Source of the DNA: an uncultured bacterium
GTDB lineage: Bacteria; Poribacteria; WGA-4E; WGA-3G
Direction of reading: 5' to 3'
DNA: 64,000 bases
Assembly: GCA_964523645.1 (NCBI GenBank)
Contig: CAZGAW010000002.1
Coordinates: 30,253 to 94,252 of the forward strand
A model generated the notes under the pieces. The model worked only from the letters and a program-made list of their open reading frames with translations. It was not told where the DNA came from and searched no databases. Below are positions 9,103 to 17,707 of this stretch, piece by piece (position 1 is the stretch's first letter; each line of letters opens with the position of its first letter). Made by a program: the position numbers and the translations under genes.

Positions 9103-10215
9103 ATGAAAACAACACCACTTTATCCCATGCATGAACAACTCGGTGCAGTATTCGCAAAAAAGCATTCGGATTGGAATATCGCTACTGAATTCACCGATCC
9201 TGTGTCCGAACACCATGCCGTCAGAAACGATGTCGGTATTGCTGATGTGTCCTATCGAGGTAGGTATCGATTGACGGGTGAAGATCGAGCGAAATTTCTA
9301 CACCGTATCATCTCCAATGATGTTGAAGGTCTTTCGGCTGGACAGGGCACTTACGCCATGCTGTTAACACACCGCGGTAAAATCATAGCCGATTTGAATA
9401 TCTCTGTCCTTGAAGATGTAATCAGTATTGATGCCGCCCCTGAAACCACAGAGAGCCTCTTCAACGAATTGGATAAATACATTATTGCTGACGATGTTGA
9501 ACTCTCTGAGGTAACCGCTGAAACTGGAGCGATTGCTGTTCACGGTTCAAAAGCAGCAGACCTCGTTCAAACTGCCCTAGGGATAGACGCACTTGCTGCA
9601 CTGCCAGAGCGACATAACTGCTTGCGTGAAGCAGACGCGCTTTTTGAACATGCTGTTGTCTGTGTAAGAACAGATAGCACTGGCGAAACAGGTTATACGC
9701 TTTACACTGCTGCTGAGGCACTCATACCGCTCTGGGAAATATTAATGACTGAAGGGTCGCGCTTTAACGTTCAGCCAATCGGTTGGAAGGCACTTGAGTC
9801 GCTCCGCATTGAAGCAGGTGTGCCGAGATACGGGACAGAATTGACCGATGCTGTTATCCCGCTTGAAGCTGAGTTGGAACACGCTATCGACTTTGAGAAG
9901 GGCTGTTATATTGGACAAGAAATTGTGGCACGCATGAAGTATCGAGGTCACCCAAATCGCCTCTTGCGCGGTATTGAAATTAAATCGGATTTAACGGCAC
10001 AAGACTGTCATACGTTTTACGCGGGTGCCAAGGTTTTCAACGGCGACAAAGAGGTGGGTTGGCTTACGAGTGCTACCTTTGCTCCGACCCTCGAAAAACC
10101 GATTGCGCTTGGTTATGTTCGGATGGCAGTTACTGAAGCAGGCAGTCGTGTCCAAATTGAAACCTCAGACGGACGTATTGATGGTACGGTCGTACTGCTG
10201 CCCTTTTCAACTTAA
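9103..10215 (+). CDS. ygfZ: folate-binding YgfZ/CAF17-type protein (GcvT aminomethyltransferase fold)
   Basis: GcvT-like N-terminal region plus KGCYIGQE, the signature motif of the YgfZ family. Confidence 0.65.
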   Translation: MKTTPLYPMHEQLGAVFAKKHSDWNIATEFTDPVSEHHAVRNDVGIADVSYRGRYRLTGEDRAKFLHRIISNDVEGLSAGQGTYAMLLTHRGKIIADLNISVLEDVISIDAAPETTESLFNELDKYIIADDVELSEVTAETGAIAVHGSKAADLVQTALGIDALAALPERHNCLREADALFEHAVVCVRTDSTGETGYTLYTAAEALIPLWEILMTEGSRFNVQPIGWKALESLRIEAGVPRYGTELTDAVIPLEAELEHAIDFEKGCYIGQEIVARMKYRGHPNRLLRGIEIKSDLTAQDCHTFYAGAKVFNGDKEVGWLTSATFAPTLEKPIALGYVRMAVTEAGSRVQIETSDGRIDGTVVLLPFST

Positions 10216-10285
10216 CTCGCAGGGCTCCGACTTCCGCCGCTGGCGAGGTCTCATGCCGTTTAAATAAATATTTCGGTAATTCTTT

Positions 10286-10334
10286 AACTGAAAACTGAAA
10301 ACTGAAAACTGAAAACTATCACAACTGACAACCA
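10286..10334. repeat. heptad tandem repeat, right-arm type (AACTGAA x4 then ACAACTGACAACCA)
   Basis: Perfect 7-nt periodicity: CTGAAAA CTGAAAA CTGAAAA CTGAAAA CTATCAC AACTGACAACCA. Confidence 0.8.
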
Positions 10335-10357
10335 TATTAGGAGGTAAATTTAAACCC

Positions 10358-11266
10358 ATGATATACAGCAAATTCTATTTTCGTATATCCCTTTTACTCT
10401 TCCTCCCTGTACTTTTAGGTGGGTGCGGTCTCGCGAAGCTATCGAGAATTCAGGGGGAAGGCGACCTGACTGTCGTAGAAGCCACCCTTGAAGGGAATAT
10501 CGGTACGCTTGAACGGCTATCTAAGATTGGGAATAAGAATCTCATTGTTAAGACGGCTCGCGCCTACTCATCTTATGCCGGCTTTATTGAAGATAAAATG
10601 GAAGAGGCTGAAATAGCAGGCGACTATGAGACTGCAGACAAGATGCGTGCACAGGCAATTGCGCTCTATACCCGTTCTGAGGGATACGCGCTCAAGGCTT
10701 TAGCGAAGTCCGATAAAACCTTCAATGAAGCAAGAACTGTTGATCTCGAGGCGTTTCAAAAAGCACTTCAGAAGCTGAAAAAGCAGGATGTCGAACCTCT
10801 GTTTTGGACGGCTTATTCGATTGCACGCGGCATTAGCCTCCAGAAGGACGATCCGATGCAGGTCATTGACCTGGCTCGGGTTGAGTTGATGATGGGGCGC
10901 GTGCTTGAATTGGATGAAACCTTTTACTTCGGCAGCGCGCATCTGTTTTATGCCGTCTATTACGGTGACCGGGCCCCGACAATCGGGGGAGACCCGGAGA
11001 AGGCAAAGGAACATATCGCACATGTAGATAGAATTAATGACGGCAAATTCTTGATGAGCAAACTCTATCTCGCTCGCTACTACGCCTACCCTAAACAGGA
11101 CCTGAAACTTTACAAACAATCGTTGCAAGAAGTTCTTGACGCACCATCGGACATTTATCCTGGAGAAGAAGCCGCAACTTCGTTAGCAAAATCAAGATCC
11201 AAACGCTGGCTCGATCAGGCGGATGTCCTTTTTGACCCAGAATTGGAAGAAGGAGGTACCGAATAA
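10358..11266 (+). CDS. TRAP transporter TatT-component-like TPR lipoprotein
   Basis: Lipobox LLGGC, all-helical, ...YYGDRAPTIGGDPEKAKEHIAH... resembles the TatT family; immediately upstream of and coupled to (ATAATG) a DctP-type binding protein. Confidence 0.5.
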   Translation: MIYSKFYFRISLLLFLPVLLGGCGLAKLSRIQGEGDLTVVEATLEGNIGTLERLSKIGNKNLIVKTARAYSSYAGFIEDKMEEAEIAGDYETADKMRAQAIALYTRSEGYALKALAKSDKTFNEARTVDLEAFQKALQKLKKQDVEPLFWTAYSIARGISLQKDDPMQVIDLARVELMMGRVLELDETFYFGSAHLFYAVYYGDRAPTIGGDPEKAKEHIAHVDRINDGKFLMSKLYLARYYAYPKQDLKLYKQSLQEVLDAPSDIYPGEEAATSLAKSRSKRWLDQADVLFDPELEEGGTE

Positions 11267-12309
11267 TGAGAAAAAAGAAAACAGACTATAAAACGCACGC
11301 TGCTAAATTAGCAGGCGTGTTTCTATTGATTTTAGGGATGCTCTGCCTACCCATCCCGCACCTTGAGGCCGAATCTATTAAGTTCGCCACACTCGCGCCA
11401 AAAGGTTCTACGTGGATGAATAACTTTGAAGCGATGGGCAAAGAAATTCGCACCAAAACCGATAGTGAACTCCGACTCCGTATCTATCCGAATGGTGTCC
11501 AAGGCGATGAACTTGATGTCATCCGCAAGATGCGCGCTGGGTTAATCCACGCAGGAGCTATGACTGCCACGGGGCTCGGCGAGATACAAGAAGAGGTTTT
11601 GATTTTTCAACTGCCTCGAATGTTCAGAACCTACGAAGAACTTGACTATGTACGCGACTATCTCCGCGGAGATCTTGACAAAGCCTTTATGGATGCCGGG
11701 TACGTCCTACTCGGTATGGGAGACATCGGCTTTTATTATCTCTTCAGCAATCAACCCATACGCACTATTGCCGACCTTCAGTCCCCAAATGTCAAGATGT
11801 GGGCGCGTACGAGCGACAGAATTGCGCTTGAATTTTACAAAAATGCCGAGATTGGAACTGTACCGAGAGAGGTCACGCAGGTGCTGTCTTCCCTGTATTC
11901 GGGGCATCTTAACACCTTAGCCGCATCGCCGTATGTCACTGTCGCACTGCAATGGCACGATAGGTTCAAGTACATGACGAACCTTCCCGTGAATGTGGGT
12001 GTCGGTGCCACAGTTATTACAAAGGAGAAGTTTGACGAACTCTCCCCGGACCAACAGAAGGTTTTGCGTGAAGTCGCGGACGCATATCAGGGCGATTTAA
12101 TTCAGAACATTCGCACGGATAATGAAAGGGCACTTGAGGCACTCCAAAAGAAGGCGGGCATTGAAGTGGTTGAATTCGAGGATGATTCCCTGAAAGCGTG
12201 GGATGCCATTGCTGCGGAAACGCATAAAGCCCTCGTCGGTGAGATTTACTCACAAGAATTTCTTGACAAAATCAACGCCCTCTTGGAAGAGTACCGAAAG
12301 AAAAATTAG
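11266..12309 (+). CDS. TRAP transporter substrate-binding protein (DctP family)
   Basis: IKFATLAPKGSTWMNNFEAMGKEIRTKTDSELRLRIYPNGVQGDE matches the DctP N-terminal pattern (xKFAhxxPxGSxW...YPxGxLG). Confidence 0.7.
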   Translation: MRKKKTDYKTHAAKLAGVFLLILGMLCLPIPHLEAESIKFATLAPKGSTWMNNFEAMGKEIRTKTDSELRLRIYPNGVQGDELDVIRKMRAGLIHAGAMTATGLGEIQEEVLIFQLPRMFRTYEELDYVRDYLRGDLDKAFMDAGYVLLGMGDIGFYYLFSNQPIRTIADLQSPNVKMWARTSDRIALEFYKNAEIGTVPREVTQVLSSLYSGHLNTLAASPYVTVALQWHDRFKYMTNLPVNVGVGATVITKEKFDELSPDQQKVLREVADAYQGDLIQNIRTDNERALEALQKKAGIEVVEFEDDSLKAWDAIAAETHKALVGEIYSQEFLDKINALLEEYRKKN

Positions 12310-12342
12310 GCACTGACGCAATCTTTCAATAACTTTTTTAGT

Positions 12343-12379
12343 GATAGGCGCGCTTTAACAGCGCACCTATCAAATTTTT
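12343..12379 (+). terminator. rho-independent terminator after the TRAP binding-protein gene
   Basis: GATAGGCGCGC-TTTAACA-GCGCACCTATC followed by AAATTTTT. Confidence 0.65.
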
Positions 12380-12578
12380 GGAACGTGAATTCCATAAAGG
12401 GTGTTTAGCTTAAACTGTATGAAGTTTAAGAATCTAATTCGGTAATGCTGCAGATACCCTCATAAGTGTCAATTTTAAAAAAATTCTATCGTAGGTTGGG
12501 TAGAACGGATAATAATAGAAGATTATCGCTTCAAGAACAATGCATCGGCTGCCCAAGCACCTACCATCGCAAAGATAT

Positions 12579-12651
12579 AGAGTGAAACCCAACAATCTCG
12601 CTGACGTTACCGAACATCTGGGCATAAAAAGTTGGGTTTCGCTCTGTTTTT
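12579..12651 (+). other. long hairpin (15-bp stem, 37-nt loop) followed by a T-tract
   Basis: AGAGTGAAACCCAAC ... GTTGGGTTTCGCTCT then GTTTTT; lies in a ~1-kb gene-free stretch. Confidence 0.5.
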
Positions 12652-13091
12652 AGTGTGATACACAAGCTATAGCGTTGAGAGGCTCTTATGTTATCAGCAT
12701 TACTTTTCTCGGTTCCGCTCTACCTGGCGGAAACACCCAAGCAAAAACACCTACAATGAAAATCGCCCGTTATGGAGCGTTTAGAACCCTTTTACTGCCC
12801 GCATCGGCGCACAACCTACACACTCAATTGACACTTATGGTGCGGTTTCCCAACCACACCGGGCATCGGTGAAAATTACCCGATTAAATTCTTAATCTTC
12901 ATCTGGCATGAAGAAGTCTTTATCTGTAAAGATACCTTCTTGCTCCAGCGGAGCAATATGTCTATAGAAAAGACGGGGAACCTTCTTGCAAGCCGAAGAA
13001 AGTGCTATGTGTCAAGTCAAACAATGCGGCATTAGAAAATGATGAACAGATGTGTATCAAAACCTTTACACAGCCTATAACATCCAAAATG

Positions 13092-13121
13092 TTGTCAAAA
13101 CGCTAAACGATGTGATATAAT
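13092..13121 (+). promoter_or_regulatory. sigma70-type promoter (TTGTCA-18 nt-TGa TATAAT)
   Basis: Seen directly. A second candidate (TTGCTA-18-TATTAT) is at 13283-13312, just before the SD GAGGAGGG. Confidence 0.45.
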
Positions 13122-13339
13122 GCTGTAAAGAAAGGGAACCTGGAAAGTGTGTGGCACTCGCCTGACGACGATTACATACGAAAACAACTTCTCAAACCTA
13201 CGATTTCTATCAACATTGCGTAAGTCCTAAATATCCTAAAAAGCGGAAAACTAAATCGCCCTACCTTAAACGTAAATTTCATTTGCTATTTTCTTGGGGG
13301 GTGTGGTATTATATCCGTTTGAGGAGGGCTTCAAAACTC

Positions 13340-14098
13340 GTGGCATCTATTAATGACATCGCAAACGAATTTATCCGGGAAGAGATTGAAGAGTTCCTGG
13401 AGCAACCTGATGAGATAGCACGTACCATTGACATGTTCGCACAAGCGACACCTGCTATGCAAAACATCGCTGCTGCACTTATCGATGGTGATCATCACAC
13501 TGTGGACGAATTGACGGAAACCGCTCTGGCGGAAGGCACAGAAGCGTTAGAGATTATGGATGACGGACTCATCGCTGGGATGGGGATCGTCGGCATCAAG
13601 TTTCGGGAAAACTTCATCTTTGTGCCAGAGGTCCTGGCGTGTGCCCGGGCAATGAAAGCAGGTATGGCACACATCGAACCGATTCTCTCAGATTCAGGTA
13701 TCGAACCGATCGGTGTAGTGATTATGGGAACCGTCAAGGGCGACCTACACGATATTGGTAAGAATTTATGCATCATGATGTTGCGTGGGGCGGGTTTCGT
13801 CGTACACGATTTAGGTGTTGATACCTCTGAGGATGATTTCATTGAAGCCGTTGAGGAATATGAAGCACCCATTTTGGGAATGTCAGCACTCCTAACGACA
13901 ACAATGCCGAACATGGGAAAGACAATTGACGCTTTTATTGACGAAGACTTACGGGAAGAGGTCAAGATTATGGTAGGCGGTGCACCTGTTACACAAACGT
14001 TTGCCGATGATATGGGTGCCGATGGATACGGCAAAGATGCACTGGCATGCGTTGCACTCGCTAAGCAATTCCTTGAGGCACCGGACGAAGACTGGTAG
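13340..14098 (+). CDS. corrinoid (cobalamin-binding) methyltransferase protein, MtbC/MetH-B12-domain type
   Basis: B12-binding DxHxxG motif GDLHDIGKN, SALLTTT, MVGGAPV, preceded by a helical cap domain. Start set to GTG 13340, 11 nt after SD GAGGAGGG; the ORF-track start is TTG 13283. Confidence 0.8.
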   Translation: MASINDIANEFIREEIEEFLEQPDEIARTIDMFAQATPAMQNIAAALIDGDHHTVDELTETALAEGTEALEIMDDGLIAGMGIVGIKFRENFIFVPEVLACARAMKAGMAHIEPILSDSGIEPIGVVIMGTVKGDLHDIGKNLCIMMLRGAGFVVHDLGVDTSEDDFIEAVEEYEAPILGMSALLTTTMPNMGKTIDAFIDEDLREEVKIMVGGAPVTQTFADDMGADGYGKDALACVALAKQFLEAPDEDW

Positions 14099-14105
14099 GT
14101 AACGG

Positions 14106-14243
14106 CTATCAGTTGTCAGTCGTCAGTTGTCAGTTAAGAGGTTTCTTTGTTACGGCTTATTACACCTTGGCGTACTCCAAGCAAAAATAAATTGTTACCG
14201 AAAGTCTTTTAACTGATAACCGATAACTGATAACTGATAACTA
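14106..14243. repeat. heptad-armed palindromic element (complete, intergenic)
   Basis: Left CTATCAGTTGTCAGTCGTCAGTTGTCAGTTAAGAGGTTTC, right GAAAGTCTTTTAACTGATAACCGATAACTGATAACTGATAACTA; arms are imperfect reverse complements; ends 8 nt before ATG 14252. Confidence 0.85.
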
Positions 14244-14251
14244 ATACAAAT

Positions 14252-16147
14252 ATGAAGAAAATAGATAAGGCGGAATACGAGAAACGACTCAATAAAATTA
14301 CACAGATTTTTGAAGACTTGGTTGTTCATGCCGATGAACAAGCGACGTACCGATGTCCCTACAAAAATCGCTTTGACCACTGCACGGCGAAGTTCGGCTG
14401 TCGAAACCAGCGAAAAATTGATGAAGGGACAGGGCTTCTTTGTGTTGGCGACGATAAGTTAGATTATCGTAACGCCTGGGAGACGGATGCCCCTGACCAA
14501 TCAGCAGAAACACACAGCACCGGCACAATTACATCTGACGGAAAAGTATATCAACTTACCCCTGGCAAAACCATTTTTGACTACGCAGACGATTTAACCG
14601 TCCAAGTTCCTACCTCCTGTTTCCGAACCGGACAGTGCCACGAATGTATCGTTGAAATTAAACAGGGTATGGACAGCCTCCGCCCCCCAAATGAAGCGGA
14701 AGCCTTTCTACGGGATAACTATCGACTTGCCTGCCAAGCCGTTGTTCTTGATATTGACAAGGACATCGAATTCACACCCCTTCGACGCGCGCCAAGAATC
14801 TTGACGCATGCCGTCACGACGAATGACCCGACGGCAGCACTAAACCCGCGCGTTACCCATCGCGATGGCGTTGTTCATTACAAAGACGAACCTATTGATC
14901 GCTACCGGGGACACCTCTACGGACTTGCCTTGGATATCGGAACGACAACAGTCGTGGCAAATCTGGTTGATTTAGAGAACGGGAAAACGGTTTCTGTCAG
15001 CTCCTTTGAAAACCCGCAGCGTTTTGGCGGTAGCGATATTATGAATCGTATCTCCTACGACGGTGAATTTCAAGGTGAACTGCGCCGCTCACTTATTGCC
15101 GCACTCAACAGCGAAATTATGGAGATGTGTGAACGCCACAACTTCGTCCGCCAGGAGATTTATGAAGTTGTTGTTGCTGGTAACACGACAATGCGCGATA
15201 TTTTCTTCAGACAGGATGTCCAGAGCATCGGGCAGAAACCGTATAAATCTCTGATTGAACACGAGTATCGGGACGGAGTCCGTTCAACCACTTCACTTAT
15301 TGAAAAGACGCGTCGGTTGGGTATTCGAGCGAACCCGAAGGCGATGGTCTATAGCTTACCGCTAATTGCCAGCCACGTCGGTGCAGATGTTGCCGCGGAT
15401 TTAGTTTCCATTGACCTTCCCGCCCAGGATGAGATTGTTATGTTAGTCGATGTGGGGACGAACACGGAAGTGGTGGTCGGAAATGCGAAGCGGATGGTCG
15501 CTGCGTCATGTCCTGCGGGTCCTGCCTTTGAAGGTGGCGGTATTGAATACGGAATGCCCGCTTACCCAGGCGCTATTGAATCTATGAAGTGGAATGACGG
15601 TCAATTCAATTATGAGACGATTGATGGAGAGACACCGCACGGTTTATGCGGTTCTGGGTTGATTTCACTTCTCGCCGAACTTCGCCGAAATGATCAGATG
15701 AGTCCGAAAGGCGTTTTTGCGGACAGAAAGCAACGTGTTATGTCCCTTTTGCCGGAACACGGTATTACCTTCTCGCGCGAGGATGCAAGCAATTTGGCGC
15801 AAGCAAAAGCAGCAAACTATTGTGGACAATATATTGTTCTCCGACACTTTGGCTGCGCCCCGGAAGAAATTAAGACGCTCTTTTTAGCGGGCGGTTTTGC
15901 CAACTATGTTAACCTACAAGATGCTATTGAAATTGGATTCCTTGCACCCGTTCCAGAAGCAAATGTCGTTAAAATCGGTAACGCTGCAGTAGCAGGTGCG
16001 ATGGCAGTCCTGCTTTCTGAAAAGAAGCGCGCCGATATTGAAGCATTTGTCAGCAATATTGAGCATATTGAGTTGGAGACGACACCCGATTTCTTTGAGG
16101 TGTTCGTGGAAGGTTGTCAATTCAAACCGATGCCCGTAACGTTTTAA
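14252..16147 (+). CDS. RACo/RamA-like reductive activase of corrinoid proteins (2Fe-2S ferredoxin domain + ASKHA ATPase, DUF4445-type)
   Basis: CFRTGQCHECIVEI...LACQ ferredoxin-like Cys pattern; ASKHA phosphate motifs DIGTTTVVANL and VDVGTNTEVV; 631 aa. Confidence 0.7.
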   Translation: MKKIDKAEYEKRLNKITQIFEDLVVHADEQATYRCPYKNRFDHCTAKFGCRNQRKIDEGTGLLCVGDDKLDYRNAWETDAPDQSAETHSTGTITSDGKVYQLTPGKTIFDYADDLTVQVPTSCFRTGQCHECIVEIKQGMDSLRPPNEAEAFLRDNYRLACQAVVLDIDKDIEFTPLRRAPRILTHAVTTNDPTAALNPRVTHRDGVVHYKDEPIDRYRGHLYGLALDIGTTTVVANLVDLENGKTVSVSSFENPQRFGGSDIMNRISYDGEFQGELRRSLIAALNSEIMEMCERHNFVRQEIYEVVVAGNTTMRDIFFRQDVQSIGQKPYKSLIEHEYRDGVRSTTSLIEKTRRLGIRANPKAMVYSLPLIASHVGADVAADLVSIDLPAQDEIVMLVDVGTNTEVVVGNAKRMVAASCPAGPAFEGGGIEYGMPAYPGAIESMKWNDGQFNYETIDGETPHGLCGSGLISLLAELRRNDQMSPKGVFADRKQRVMSLLPEHGITFSREDASNLAQAKAANYCGQYIVLRHFGCAPEEIKTLFLAGGFANYVNLQDAIEIGFLAPVPEANVVKIGNAAVAGAMAVLLSEKKRADIEAFVSNIEHIELETTPDFFEVFVEGCQFKPMPVTF

Positions 16148-16181
16148 GGAAAGCAAAAGTCTGAACTATGATTTGGAGATT

Positions 16182-16416
16182 TATAGGATTAGGACTTACG
16201 CAGCCTGCTCATTTGAGCATCTGACTTTATGGTTTGTGTCTCTTTGTAGCACAAACTTTCCAGTTTGTGTCTCTGTGTAGCACAAACCTTATAGTTTTTG
16301 GCTCTTTGTAGCACAAACTTTCCAGTTTGTGTCAGAAGAACGTGTGTTTTTGCGAGAGTTCCCATCTCACAGGACGGGCTACCGAAACTACAATTGCGTA
16401 AGTCCTGAGGATTATA
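16182..16416. mobile_element. MITE-like element bounded by ~21-bp inverted repeats (TATAGGATTAGGACTTACGCA / TGCGTAAGTCCTGAGGATTATA)
   Basis: Terminal inverted repeats seen directly; the interior carries the 31-bp tandem hairpin array; no ORF. Confidence 0.55.
16232..16334 (+). repeat. 3.3 tandem copies of a 31-bp unit, each containing hairpin GTTTGTG-N11-CACAAAC
   Basis: Copies at 16232-62, 16263-93, 16294-324 and a partial copy at 16325-34; units are contiguous with no spacers. Confidence 0.85.
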
Positions 16417-16494
16417 GGTTTTCAGGATAATCCTAAGCGCATAGCCCATAATGAAATTATGCCTTAAATGGCATAATTTGTCTTTGCTTTACAT

Positions 16495-17565
16495 TTGGAG
16501 GGCGGATATACGGAAAGGGATGTCAATCCACAAACCGAACTGACCGATCCGCAAGGTAAAATTAAAAACTTTCAAGAACGCTTGAGATCTGATGAACCAA
16601 TTTTATACGATGGCGGGTTCGGTTCGCAGTTGTTCGCACGGGATATAGAACTCGCGAACAGCGCACTCGCCAATAATTTGCATCCCACGGCTGTTGTTGA
16701 CATTCATTCGGATTATATCAAGGCAGGTGCTGAGGCGATCGGGACAAATACGTTCGTCGCATCCCCGCTTCATCTTGAGATGGCGGGACAAAATGTATCC
16801 GATGCGAAACGGCTTATACGACTCGCCGTTCAACACGCGAAAACGGCTGTCGCACAGAGTGGAAAAGATGTTTATATTGCCGGTTCCGTGGGACCCTCCC
16901 CCGGCGCGATTGAAGCCGACAGCGGCGATACCACTTTCGGAATCCCAAATGCGGATGCCAGAGAAGCGCATAAATTAGTTATCCATACCCTCGCGGAAGA
17001 AGGCGCGGATTTCCTCTGCCTTGAGACGATGTTCTCTGCAAAAGAAGCAGCGATGGCTGTAGATGTCGCGCGTGAGACAGGAATCCCTATTGCAGTGAAC
17101 CTGACTTACAAATGGACGAAAGAACGGCGGACCGGCAATATCGTCTATCGGACAGACTGGGGAAATTCTCCCGCAGATTTACTCGATATTCTCATAAACA
17201 ACGAATTTTCGGAAGGAGACTCACTATTGGAGGCTGTTAGTATCCTTGGCGTGAACTGCGGGGCTGAATCCAGACGTGATGAACATACCGGAATGCCTTA
17301 CGCGATTGCTGGAACCCAGCAGGTCCACGCAGCACTCACTGAAGTAGGCGTTGATGGTAAGCGGATGATGGCATATCCTAACGCTGGCATGCCGAAACTT
17401 GATGAAAACCATAATACCGTCTATACGCAGACCCCAACAGAGATGGCAAGCCACGTTCCCGCCCTCCTTGAGGCAGGTGCTTATTTAATAGGTGGCTGTT
17501 GCGGGACAACCCCGACACATATTAAAGCCTTCCGTGAGGCAATCACATCGTATCGTTCGACATAG
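16495..17565 (+). CDS. homocysteine S-methyltransferase-domain protein (stand-alone MetH Hcy-binding module type)
   Basis: GGFGSQL, GTNTF, GSVGP, LGVNCG and GGCCGTTPTHI (Zn-Cys context) as in the PF02574-type domain. The start is uncertain: the leader motif lies inside the ORF-track N-terminus, and TTG 16582 is an alternative. Confidence 0.7.
   Translation: MEGGYTERDVNPQTELTDPQGKIKNFQERLRSDEPILYDGGFGSQLFARDIELANSALANNLHPTAVVDIHSDYIKAGAEAIGTNTFVASPLHLEMAGQNVSDAKRLIRLAVQHAKTAVAQSGKDVYIAGSVGPSPGAIEADSGDTTFGIPNADAREAHKLVIHTLAEEGADFLCLETMFSAKEAAMAVDVARETGIPIAVNLTYKWTKERRTGNIVYRTDWGNSPADLLDILINNEFSEGDSLLEAVSILGVNCGAESRRDEHTGMPYAIAGTQQVHAALTEVGVDGKRMMAYPNAGMPKLDENHNTVYTQTPTEMASHVPALLEAGAYLIGGCCGTTPTHIKAFREAITSYRST
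16506..16569 (+). promoter_or_regulatory. extended leader motif copy (ATATACGGAAAG...CCGAACTGACCGATCCGCAAGGTAAAATTAAAAAC)
   Basis: Aligns with 17647-17707 over about 60 nt, but here no ATG follows. Confidence 0.55.
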
Positions 17566-17646
17566 ACATAATTGCTGGAGTGAGGAGAACGATGCGTAAG
17601 TCCTACGTTGAAAGGGCGCGTAGCTTGGAATGTAATGGAAATCGAG

Positions 17647-17707
17647 TATACGGAACGAAACTTTCAAGCACCAACCCACCTGAACGAACCGCAAGGAAAA
17701 GTAAAAA
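17647..17707 (+). promoter_or_regulatory. extended leader motif (TATACGGAACG...CACCTGAACGAACCGCAAGGAAAAGTAAAAA) directly before ATG
   Basis: The last 31 nt are nearly identical to 241-272. Confidence 0.7.

Noticed and set aside
13122-13339. Possible cobalamin riboswitch upstream of the corrinoid protein gene (AGGGAACCTGGAAAGTGTGTGGCACT resembles the GGGAA...GGTG...GCCACTG part)
   Set aside because: I could not find a B12 box (AGYCMGGNGACCKGCC-like) or the full multi-stem layout. The resemblance is short and could be chance. It needs cmscan to settle.
13495-14034. 179-aa antisense ORF inside the corrinoid protein gene
   Set aside because: The opposite strand carries the DxHxxG B12-binding motif set. 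The antisense product is low-complexity (S/P/T-rich) with no start context.
16232-16334. Possible CRISPR array (repeated 31-bp hairpin units)
   Set aside because: The units are directly contiguous with no unique spacers. There are only 3.3 copies and no cas genes in the window, so it is a tandem repeat, not a CRISPR.
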